From positions 72,354,001-72,418,000 of the forward strand of contig NC_043004.1 of NCBI RefSeq assembly GCF_006345805.1: a DNA stretch of 64,000 nt, read 5' to 3'. Source of the DNA: Octopus sinensis (Eukaryota). Below are positions 48,226-60,007 of the stretch, in pieces. Position 1 is the stretch's first letter. Each line of letters starts with the position of its first letter. The position numbers and the translations under genes are program-made. Under the pieces are notes generated by a model that ran no database searches, was not told the origin of the DNA, and saw nothing but the letters and a program-made list of their open reading frames with translations.

Positions 48226-50031
48226 AACATGGAGGAAAGCTACGTGTGTTGTTATCTGTGACTAGACGGTGGAATTTTTTCTGTGTAAATTGATTTGATA
48301 TCGCGCGAGGCGTTTGCCTCCACGTGTGGAAACCTTCCGAAGAAGGTGAATTGACCCTCTAGTCATGGCGACTTACGCGGTGGTCACCGGGAAAAATAAC
48401 GATTCGTCGATAATCATAAAGGAGGTTTTCTTTGAGAAGGATAAACTCAAAGAATATGAAAAGCTCTTCAAAAGGAGGGTGATAGCGTGAAGCTAATCCC
48501 CCCCGCGAAGCAAAAGAGGATAAAGAAAGCAAGACTGACATACAGAACCAAGACAAAAATACGAAGAAACTGGCAAGAGTGGAGATAGTCGAAATTGAAA
48601 AATGTCTGGGAGACATAATGGGGAAAATAACTACGTGGTAGAGGCAAGAAAATTGGTACGGTGGAGGTGAGATGTGCAACGGAAGAAATTGCGGCCTCAC
48701 TGGCTACCACCGTACTAAGAGCCGAAAAATTCACAATGTGGCCCTCATACAAGGGAAGAAGAGGGGTCCGGGTTAAAATCCCGAATATACCCCTAGAAGT
48801 GAAAACAGAATGGCTGGCAACAGCTATTCTAGGAGCAGCAAGAAGAGGAAGTGGAGGTGGAATCTATTAAGGAGTCCAACGCGGTAAACTGGAGAGGATA
48901 GGGGTAGAACTGTGGTTGATGGCCACAAAAGAGGATATTGAAAGGTTCCCCTACAGAATTGAAATTGAAGAGGAAAAAACCCTCAGTGTAATTGTAGAGG
49001 GAGAAAACCAAAATGTTACTTGTGTGGGACAAGGGGGCACATTAAAAAGAGTGCCCGTTATACGAATTCGTAGCGGAGTGCGAGCAAGAACTTGAAGAAA
49101 AGAAGAATACTGTAAATGAGAAAGAAAACAAAAGAAAACATAGAAAAGGAAACAAAACAACAAGAGAAAGGAAATAATAAGTCAATGAAGGAAAAAGAAA
49201 TAAAAGAAAAGAAAGAAATAGAACCAAAAAAGACAGAAGGAGGAAAGAAAAAAGGAAAAAGAAACAACAGGAAAAAAACAAGAGAGAGATCAGAATCAAA
49301 GGAAAAGAAAAGACGACACACAAAAGGAAAAGAAAAGGAACATAAAACACAGAGAGAGAGAAGAGAGAACAGACAAAGAAAAACAAAAAGACAAGAGAAG
49401 GAAGGAGAAAGAAAAGAAGGCAAAAAGAGAGAAAGAGAGAAAAAGAGAGAGAAACAAGAAGGAGAACAAGAAGAAATAAGCCCGAAAAGGAAAATGAAGG
49501 AAAACGTAGGACGGAAACAAGATTACTACTACTACAAGTTAGTAACCTTCCATTTCTGCCCTGAAATGAAAGACTTGACATGTAATACGGAGGGACATAT
49601 ATGGGTCAACAGGATGACCGATCAGTGGCAGGAGACTGCTCTAATCCCCGAAGAAAGAGCCGGTGAGTTCCTCAGAGCTGCCGGAGAGAGTGTAATATTT
49701 TACACGAAGGTTCGAGTGAGTGAGAGAGCGGCCGCCTGAGGGCTCAGTGATGGACTTTAGAGAAGTGAAAACTATTATAGAATATGTGTAGAATTGTGAG
49801 AAGAAAAAAAAAAGAAAAAAGAGAAAAAAGAAAATTTTGTGAAATATATGTGACGAAAATGTAACCTCTCGATTCCGGGGATCGAGTGGACATTTACATC
49901 TCATTGTAAATATTCTTTCATATGTCATTTTTACTTTTATTTTTCCTTTTCATGTCATTCGCTTTCTTATTTTAAGTTCCCCGATTGCATTGTCCCATCT
50001 ATGTTCGCCCCTTGTGGGTAGTAATAAAATC
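48226..50031 (+). mobile_element. Tx1-like element B copy 2 (ORF1 only, complete 3' UTR and tail)
   Basis: Near-identical to 46069-47620 (offset about 2150). Ends TTGTCCCATCTATGTTCGCCCCTTGTGGGTAGTAATAAAA. Confidence 0.82.
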
Positions 50032-53000
50032 ACATGAGAAAGCTATTTTTGCGTCTGTTAGTAAGTTATATATTCTGCTCTCATAGTATTATCTCTGTTT
50101 TTCTATATTGTTTGTATACCTGTTGTTTACTGTTGTTTAACTGAAGAAGTCAGCCTTCGCGCGAGGACTTCGCGTTGGTGTTCCCCCCTCCGTGGGGGGA
50201 AACTACAATTATTTTGGAATCTCCAAAGGCTTGTTAAAGCCATTTGTTTAAGATGGAGTCCCCCATCTCCTATTCGCCCGTGACGAGCGAGGACGAATAC
50301 CCGCGTTGACATCAGGAAAAAAAGAGGCGTTGTCGCCAAGAAAAAAAGAGGCGTTATCGCCGAAGAAAAAGGAGGCGGCGTCGCCCAAAAAAATAGAAAA
50401 CCAATACCAGCATCAACTCCAGCGAAAAAATTCGCTGAAGTAGCTGGAAAAAAATTAAATCAATAAACGTGGAAAATCTAGAAAAATTCGCAGACAGTGT
50501 AAAGAAAGAGGGCACGGAAGTGACTGTGGTCGCAGACGTACAGAAACATGAAGATATAGAGAGGAAAAGAATTATTTACAAAACGTACAACACAGCTACA
50601 AGAATGATTCAGAAAATCGAGGAGAAAAAAATAGAGTTATGTTTGAAACCAATAATGGACAAAATAACATATATAAACAGAGGTAAAAAATACGGCACAG
50701 TGGAGGTGCGTTTTACCTCTGAAGAGATAGCGAAAAAACTATCAATGGAGACTTTCAAAGCAGAAAACATCGTCCTATTACCATTATATAGAGGAAAGCG
50801 GACATCAAAAATAACAATGAACAACATTCCCCCAGAGGCAGATGCAGAATGTCTGGTGGCAGCAGTGATGGTAGGCCTGGAGGAAAAAATAAACATCCTC
50901 CAGGCCACAGTGGAAGAAGAGGAGTTCTGGAAAGGACAAAAGATAGTGATAGCCATTCAGGCGGAGACACAAACACTGGAAGAAATTCCAGAAACAGTAA
51001 AAATTAGCGAAGAGGAAAAAATAACTGTTTTCGTGGAGGGCAAGAGGCCGAGGTGCTTCGGCTGCGGCAAGAAAAGAGAGACAATGGACTCATATATGGC
51101 CGTAAAGGCAGCGAATAGCAGACTAGGAAACGTGTTGGCTGCTATGGCCAAGGTAGAGAAAGTGGAAGAGAAAAATGACTTTGTGATCTACAGAATAGGC
51201 CGGAAGGATTACGGGCGGATAAAATCCGACTTCTCCCACGACGTAGGCCCACTTAGATTGGAGGTGACATCTCCACATATATTCGAGGGCCTACGTCAGA
51301 CTTCCCCGCGAGGCCCAGAAAAAGAGTTGGAAGAACGAGAGAAAACCGAACCACTGATATAAAGGTAAGTAATGGATTACATTTATGTTGGTTGTTTGAA
51401 TGTGCGCGGCCTGGGAGCAGGCTGGAAGCAAGGTCGCTTCCTGCATGATATCAGGTCGCGTAATTTAGATGTTATTGTTGCTACAGAAACCTGGTTAGAG
51501 GGGCCAAGAGGTCTACTCCCGCTGTTGACGGCTACGAGAGTTTTTTCTCTCCTGGCAGTCCTACTGGCGGAAGTGGGGTGTTGGTCCTAATAAAAAGAAA
51601 CCGGGTTTCTGAGAAAAAGTTAATTTTTGCAGATCCAGAAGGTAGGCTGGTCGTCATGGATTTGACGTTCAGTAATGGTAAAGTTATCAGACTGGTTGCA
51701 ATTTACGCACCCAACCATACAGGGCAAAGTGATTATTTTCGTGAACTAGAAAACTTTCTTGGTACTTCGCATTCATTAGTTGTGCTAGGAGACTTTAACA
51801 CAATTTGCAAAGCGGATGTAGATTGTGTTGGCTCGCGTTCAGATAGAAAAGGTAACAGTGGCTTCATGGATCTGCTAAGCCGCTTTGAGCTAGCAGATCC
51901 TTATAGGCTGGAATTTCCGAACACTCCATTGTGGACATGGTCAAACAGTGACGGATCTTCCAGGTCATATTTAGATAGAATTCTAATTAGAAAAGTAGAC
52001 AGTAAAATAGCTAAGTGTCCACAGTTTTACCCGATCAGCTACAGTGATCATAAAATGGTCACTTGTAAGCTTGACATAGATAAGGTTAAAAATAGAGGAT
52101 CCGGTTACTGGAAACTTAATACGTCCCTTTTGGCGATTAAGGAGTACAAAGACCGGATTAGGAATATAATTCAGAGGGCACTATCTGGTACCATCATTAA
52201 TAACAAATGGTGGTACGCCCTCAAACGAGCCATCAATTTTGAGTCAATTAGATATAGCATAGGAGTAGTGGCTAGAGAGGCTAGAAGGGAAACTACTCTA
52301 GTTAAGAATTAGAGAAAGCCTTGAAAACTGGCTCTGCGGCTCAGGTGGCGTCCAAGAGACTGGTGTTAAACCAGCACCTCGAGGCCAAACACATGGGCTG
52401 CATTGTCAGGGCTAGAAATTCCATATGGGATGAGAAGGAAAACGCCGTGAGAGGGGCCCGAGTGGTGGAAGCACAGCATGGTAACGATGCCACGATTCGA
52501 TCTTTGACGAACCAACAAGGTGAGTTGATAAACGAACCCGAGGAGATGTGTGAGGCCTTTCAGGAGCACTTCGCTCAGCTTTTCGGTGAGTGCGGCGGAC
52601 TGGATAGGAGGAGGGCCTTTACGGACGGACCTACTCGACGGGCTGCCGCGCTTATCGGGGCGAGATGCGGAGGGCTGTGAAGGGCCAATCACGCCTGAGG
52701 AAGTGGTTGAGGCAATGGCGGACTGCGGCGCGGGCAAGGCGCCGGGTTTGGATGGTCTACCCTATGAGTTATATAAGAGTATGCCAGACTTGTTCGGGCA
52801 CCTACTGGCGGAGAGTCTATGCGAACTGGCAGCAGAACGGGCTTATACCCAGATCTGTGCGCCGGGGAGTAGTGACACTCGTCAGAAAGGACCCGAGCAA
52901 GGGGGAGTGTATTGATAATTCAGGCCCATCACTCTGCTAAACACAGAGTTGAAGATTTTGGCCAAAGCGTTATCGAAAAGATTGGCGCGTGTCGCGGATG

Positions 53001-54975
53001 GTCTGATCGGGGAGGCACAGACATGTGCCGTTCCGGGCAGAACCATTCAGGATAATCTCCATCTAATGCGGTACACTATAGAGGGGTTTAATAGTGATTC
53101 TGGCAAGGGTGGGGCACTGGTCAATTTAGACCAATCTAAAGCTTTTGATAGGGTCGACCATCGTTACCTGGTATCTGCCTGGCACAGTTCGGGCTGAGCC
53201 TTGGCTTCCTCAGGTGGATTATCCAAATTTATGATAACATCGACTCGGTAGTTCGGGTGAACGGCTTCTTGTCGAAGCCGTTCAAAATCAAACGCTCGGT
53301 TCGTCAAGGGTGTCCGCTCTCCCCGCTTTTGTATGTGATGGCTCTAGAGCCATTACTGCGAAAACTGAGCGGCATCCCGAGACAGCCAGGTAATGGAAAA
53401 TCAGTGTTAGCGTACGCGGATGACATCACCATCATCGTAACCGAAATGGACCACCTATAAAGTAGGCAAGGTCATAGAGGTTTACGAGACGGTGACAGGA
53501 GCAAAAGTTAATCGCGAAAAGTCAGTCGGCTTGCAACTCGGCACCTGGAGAGGCAAGTCGATGCCTCCTGACAGCGTCGTGGGACGTTGGACGGAGGGTC
53601 CGATTAAATTGCTAGGGGTCTGGTTCGGTCCAGACCTCCAAATAGAGAAGAATTGGGGCGAGGTAACGAGCAAGGTGGCTGCAGTAGCCAAGACCTGGTC
53701 TTGGCGGTGGCTATCCTTGAAAGGGAGTGCGGAGTTGGCCAATGTGTTTATCGCATCGTTATCACCTACCGCTTTCCGTCGTTCCTTGCCCTGATTCGTG
53801 GTTGATCAAGTTGGAAAGACAGCTCTTCTACTTCTTGTGGAAGGGCCGGAAACCACTTGTGAAACGCTCTACTTGCTGTCAACAACCGTTAAAGGGTGGG
53901 CTAGGGATGCCTTGGCTGATGATGCGCAGACATGCGCTGAGGTTAAGACATCTGTGGCTCTACCTGGATGGTGAACGGGTGTGGTCTTCGCTAGCAAAAC
54001 TGATGTTTCCCAAGTTCACTAGTTTCGGTGGATGGGAAACCTGGCTGAATCGTAGATCGAAACTTGGTACTTGCTATTCCTGCTATTCCGTCGCTCGGGC
54101 AACGCCTGCGGTGGGGGTTCCACCACATTCTTCTATAGAGGTTGGTAGAGGCGGAGGAAGTGAAGATACTTGCGGGAAACCCTAGGTTTCGACGATAATC
54201 AGCTGGCCAGTCTGTTCCGACGTACGTTCAAGCCGAGGACACTGGACAACTTCCAGAAATCTCTGGCATGGCAATGCTACAGAGGAGCTCTACCTGTTCG
54301 GATAAACTCGCAAGGCACGGTGGCCAAGACAGTCCGATATGTCCAAGATGCGGGCGGGATAGGAAACCGTACCGCACGCTATTGTTCATTGTCCGGACGT
54401 GTCTGAGGTGTGGGTTTATGCCGAACAGCTGTTGTCAGGTACACGAAGAGTACAGCTGTCGACTGAGTCGATTACAAAAATTGACCCACCGGATTTCCTC
54501 GCGAAAGAAGGTAAGTTTTGTTTTCTCGTTGTAGTAGCAATTGCGAAAGAGGTGATATGGAAGACGAGAATGAAAGGTCTACAGTCAGGCAAGTTCATCT
54601 CCGGCCCTGATTTGATGAATTATTTCATCTTTCACCTGAAAAGGAAGATAGGGCTGGAGAGAATATGCCTGACTAGGAGAGTGTATGAAGAACGATGGAA
54701 AGATGTAGCACGAAAGTTGCGAGTGAAAGATACAACATAAATGTAAACCAAACGAAACCAAAAGTATCAGTGGGGAGGCGGGGCTCGTGGGGTCCGAGCT
54801 AAACCCGCACCACTCCACGTAATGTCTTCGGTCTGTTCCATCATTCGATTTTGTGTCTATTTTGTAATTTCATGTAAATTTTTAAATTCGATTTATTTAA
54901 AAACCCATCCGTGTGTCTGACCCCACATCAGATTTATTGTCCCATCTATGTTCGCCCCTAGTGGGTAATTAAAAC
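50032..54975 (+). mobile_element. Full-length Tx1/L1-clade LINE C (ORF1 about 50250-51362; ORF2 APE-RT-zinc finger 51372-54740), frameshifted
   Basis: APE: LNVRGL, ATETW, IYAPN, LGDFN, SYLDRI, SDH and GYWKLN. RT: APGLDGL, FRPITLLN, LDQSKAFDRV, RQGCPLSP and AYADD. CPRC zinc finger. Same 3' tail as element B. Confidence 0.93.
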
Positions 54976-55270
54976 AACATGGAGGAAAGCACCTTCGAAA
55001 AGTGTCTTGGTGCGACTATGAAAGATATCTAATCAGAGGCGGTAAATTCGCCACAATAGAAGCAACGTTCGAGTGCAAGGGAGTACTCGACTCGAACTTG
55101 CAAAGTGGAAATATCTTACTTTTACCTTTATATCTGGGACGTAGGACGTCCCGGAAAAAAATTTTAAATGCCCTCCCCCCATTCCCGAAGTAGAGGTGGG
55201 CTCGATTGTAGCCACACTTCTATACAAGAGGGAGGACAAGATACAATTGATCGAAATTACAATAGACGGG
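54976..55270 (+). mobile_element. Tx1-like element D, truncated ORF1 start
   Basis: Begins AACATGGAGGAAAGC. KFATIEATF..NILLLPLYLGRRTS is homologous to ORF1 of A, B and C. Confidence 0.65.
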
Positions 55271-55417
55271 CTAACAATTCCAGTCTGTTATATATTTTGA
55301 GTATTGTTATCACTAGCGATATCAAGATATAACTTGTATTTTGTATTTTATGTGTAGATGTCTATATATAGATGTACATGTAATATGTACACATATATAT
55401 ACTCATATATACATGCA

Positions 55418-55458
55418 CTAGCACTATGACTCGGCAACGACGGGTATTTAATGCTAGT
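55418..55458 (+). mobile_element. Helitron-like 3' terminus remnant
   Basis: Short GC-rich hairpin-like CTCGGCAACGACGGG followed by TGCTAG|T. Confidence 0.45.
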
Positions 55459-55464
55459 TATCAA

Positions 55465-56880
55465 TAAATTAACTGTTGTGTTGGTTAACGAAAGAGGCGA
55501 AGTTTCTGCAGCAAGAATATCTGATCTTAATAGTTCTTCTATAAAATATTCTATACAATTTATGATCCTGTTGAAAATGCCTAGAGACTAATTTCAAGAA
55601 TTCCCTATGTTTGTTTTTACGGCCAAATTGAAATCTGGGTTGAACCAGCATTACTACTAGCATTAAGTTGGTTATACTGGATCTTCTCAGAGAATCCACT
55701 ATTCCTTAATGCGCTATCGTAATAAGGTGCAGCACTACGGAATGCTACCTCATCAAAAAATTGACGATATTCGTCTACCTACATTGCTGACTAAGTTCCT
55801 AAGAATAACTGGGAGATGATTTGATTCTTTGCTAATATAAGTTAGCTATCATTAGGCTTACGGTAAGTTTTTAATTTACCCGACTTAAATCCAATTTACA
55901 TCTAAAAAATCTACACTTTTCAGGTTAGTATCTCTCGTAACCCGTAAGCCCATCCTTTGGAAGAAAGCAATAAGGTCCTTTCTAAGTTTATCTGATTCAT
56001 GGCCGTTCAAATTATGGGTGGCTATAAGGCCGTCATCCCTTATAAACCTGCATCTATAAACGGGAATTCTAGTTTTAGATTATGTAGAATATAGGCTCCC
56101 ATGAGCATACATAACTCAACCCCGTCGTATGCCCCCATAAGGACATCGAAAAGAGAATCTTCACTCTTCTTAACCGAGGTGGAATCCTCGAAAAAAAAAA
56201 GAAGTGATTTCTTCGTATGGTGATAATATCAATTCCGAGTTATCGATGTTGACATACTGCATGGCGACGTCTAATGCCCTTAGGAGTAAAGTCCTAGATA
56301 TTGATGGGTAAAAGTCAATAAATTGCAATTATGCTTTAGTTAATCCCTTTAAACCATTCTATAACTGACTTACTATTCTTCCAAATTCTGAAATCTAATT
56401 GAACTATCTAACTCAGTTAAATACGATCCAAAACATATTTGCTAATAATGCCATTTCAGTTTTATCCGGATGATCAATCTACATTGAGCTTTCTATTAAA
56501 ATTGGCTTCATGGTCTTTAGGGTAATATAAGCGGGTCTGGGGAAAGATATTCTATCCTATCGCTAATCTTAAGATTGTTAGCTATTCTTATGCTTCCCAA
56601 ATTCACCCATGTACTATATTTGTGTTATTCTCTTGTATGAATCTGTGACGCTATTCGAAATTCGACGCTTGTAAACGTCCCTATCAAGTGCACATAAGTT
56701 TCTTGTCTTATCAGAATTAACGAAGATCTTATTCCAGTTGTTTAATTTCCTTAATTTTTTTCTTTCATATTTCTCTGTAATTGGTTGCTATATTTACCGA
56801 ATTTAATTATTTCTAATAAGTTCGAAAAGGATTTTCTCGAGGAATAGGTGGTGGATTCCTGGAAGATTTAAGTCAGTATT

Positions 56881-56965
<85 letters not shown>

Positions 56966-57400
56966 ATGTATGTATGTATATATCTGTATATGTTTATATA
57001 CAGTATGTAGATATATATATATATCGTTTGTCCCAGAGAATTTCCAATCATTATTCAACTTTCCGAGATAAGAGAAACAACAGATTACAGGACTAAGTAA
57101 TTAGTTTGGCGTCTTAAGGACAGCAATATAACTTTCAAACTGGACTGTCCATATTATCTGTATCTTTTCCTTTTGATAAGGGCAGGAAATTCTGTGGCTT
57201 TGTAATTCCGAACTCTTTTTATCCTTTTCTCCAAATTCCCCTTGGTAAACACAATTATAGAAAAAATTCTATAAGTGCAAACATTGGCAGAGACATACTT
57301 TCCTCTCATATGAATGATGATTAGTATAGATAACCTCTTTGAATTTAATAATTTAGTTTCACTTCTACAACACCAGCATAGACAATTTCTTTTTTCTACT
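55465..57400 (-). mobile_element. Degenerate Penelope-like RT
   Basis: FDVLMGAYDGVELCML.GAYIL...AGL-RDDGL..KLRKDL..VDFLDV and REFLKLVSRHFQQDHKLYRIF..KI.YSC. Confidence 0.85.
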
Positions 57401-57882
57401 ACATTACATGAAGAATACTACTAAATTTGTTGGGATATGTTTTCTCTTTTTTTCTGCATCTCCCCACCTCTCTCTATTCCTCTCTCTTCTATCATACCCA
57501 CAATCGAACACACAGACACAAATCTGTCACCTCACTACTAATGTTTCTGACATTGTCACCTACACACACAGTCACGCACACACACACAGCACGAATCCAG
57601 TTATATACATACACACACACAAGCACTCAAACTCATAACAATAGAATACACACACGCATCCCCATAAAATACAGCTTGCACTCTATCCCCTTCCTATAGA
57701 GCTCCCCTTCTCCTCCCAACCAAATTTGAACTCTTGAACTCTTTAGAACATTCTCCATCCAACCAACTTTGACGTCATTGCTTATAACGGGATATTTTAA
57801 AGAAACACTCATTATTACTGTGGACATCATGTGGGCAGTCATCTAAACATTTTGCTCTTCATGGTGCTGACATAAGTCCTTG

Positions 57883-57967
57883 TCTTTCCTGATGAGATGG
57901 CGGCATAATGCACCCTTTATTCCTTCGGAATTAGGAATATGCAGCCTTCGAAACATGTGTCGAGAGA
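57883..57967 (+). ncRNA. Type I hammerhead ribozyme
   Basis: TCTTTC-CTGATGA-GATGGC...(TATTCCT/AGGAATA)...GCCTTC-GAAAC-ATGT-GTC-GAGAGA, with an intact core. Confidence 0.82.
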
Positions 57968-59353
57968 AAAATAATTTTGTTAAAATCGTCGTTCGACTCC
58001 ATTCTTCATTTATTCATATATATATAAGAATTTTTGCGGATAAGATAAAAACCAAGGCTGTATAGATTTAGAGCATTTATAGATAGAAAGTCTTACAGCT
58101 ATTTCTAGGATATTAATTAATAATATCCCTTCATCGAAGACGGTGGTGAGAGGGAAGTCATAGTTAATTTCGATGTCATACAAAATAGAGAATGAGGTGG
58201 AGGAAAGAAAATGGATGTAGGATATGTATGGGTATTGAATTTGTAGATCCGTTTTAGAGGCGTAACTGTATATATGCAATATTCCAATATCCTTTGAGTA
58301 AATTCCAAAAGACGAACAGAGTTTAATATGGCTCCTTCCAAATATAGAGTTTATAAGCAATGTGAGATTCCCTTATGAGTGAGATCCAGCAGATTTTTAA
58401 ACTTGGTCATTCCCAGAAGGGAATCTATATACAGTGTTGCAGAGGCAAGGTTTGTATTTAAAATGACCTAGCAATAGGGAGTGTATTAATATGGTTAAAT
58501 TGAAAACAAGAAGAGAGGAATGAAATAAAGAGAAAAAAAAAAGAGAAAAAGAATAGAGAAAGAAAGAATGAAAGAGAAAGGATAGAGAAGATTAGTAAAA
58601 ATAACCAAATAATAAAAAAAAAGAGATAAAGAATAAAAACCTGAAGATATGAATAAGGGATTAAAGAAAAAAGAACAATTAGATATAGATCAGTCAGTGG
58701 TCAGTGGAGGTAATTTGAAAGAAGGTGTGGGGATAAGAGGGGAAAGGTATATAGCGTAAGATAGAGGCGGGGGTTAAGAGGCAGAGGAAAGACCAATGTG
58801 TAGTAGTAGCTTCTAATTGTGAGCAAATATATGAAGAATTAAGGAAATAACAGTTCAGTGTTAGTAGTCTGAGAAAATATATATGGGAAGATGTATAAAC
58901 ATGAATATATCAGATAAGTTACATATACAATCCTTATTCGCATGCGTATGCCCTCATACCGCACTTATACGCACATCTGTGTGTATCATCGCCCCTGCAT
59001 ATGGAGGTATATATAACCTTGCATGTGTACATATGTTTATATATACCCACATGCATGCATATATGCATACCCTCACTTTTACATATATACGCGCGCATGG
59101 GTGTATGCGCGTACATATGAATATAATCAGATGGTTGTATATGTGAGAAACAAGATAGGGATTATGAGTTAGAGTGCAAATTTAATGGGATTACCCAAGA
59201 ATATTTGCGGAAATGTACAGTACGGTCATTCTGGCATTTGGATTCGTGGTAGAATTTAAATTTGTGATAAAAGCGGTAGTTGCATGTGTTTAGTGCCTCG
59301 TTATGTATATTAAGTAGTGTTGGAGAGTTTTGCTTTATCTAGTTTTTCTAAAT

Positions 59354-59684
59354 TGTCAATGGACGCCCGCCGGACTGGTCGGTCAAGGTGATCAAGGTGA
59401 TACACACACACCACATATATATTAACAAATGAGTCAAACGCAGTTGTTATTGAAATCATACATGCAAAATATTTTTGGAAGAAAGCATTGAGATTTATTC
59501 CCTCTGAATAATTCTAATGCTTTCTTTGAAACATATGTTGGAGGTATAAATGATTTGAATACCACCTGCGTTGACTGTATGATTTCAATAACAACTGCGT
59601 TGACTCAATTGTTTAATATATATGTGTGTGTGTGTATCACCTTGATCACCTTGACCGACCAGTCCGGAGGGCGTCCATTTGACA
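59354..59684. repeat. About 330-bp inverted repeat that includes the 3' end of an RTE LINE
   Basis: TGTCAATGGACGCCC..GGACTGGTCGGTCAAGGTGATCAAGGTGATACACAC at 59354 is the inverse of the sequence ending at 59684. Confidence 0.88.
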
Positions 59685-59949
59685 CTGCTGGTCACAGCAC
59701 GCTGTCCACTCCTCACTGGATCGCGCCTTTCTAATCCACGTGATCCCAATCCTGCTTCTGAATCGTAACTCCACCGTCGTGGAGGCCTTCCGAGTGGTCG
59801 TTTCCGCTCGCGCGGGTACCACTCGGCAACTGCGGGTCCACCGATTATCGGTGAAACGGGCGACGTGTCCAGCCCATCTAAACTTGCTGCGTGTATTTCT
59901 GCATTGACATCCCTCACGCCGGACCTCGCTATGATGTGCACATCAGTAG
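59635..59949 (-). mobile_element. RTE-clade LINE 3' fragment with (CAAGGTGAT)n tail
   Basis: RSGVRDV...WAGHVARFTDNRW..AVAEWYPRERKRPLGRPPRRW. Confidence 0.88.

Positions 59950-60007
<58 letters not shown>

Noticed and set aside
45201-49928. Many minus-strand F/L/S-rich ORFs
   Set aside because: These are antisense translations of purine-rich K/E/R tracts of the Tx1 ORF1s.
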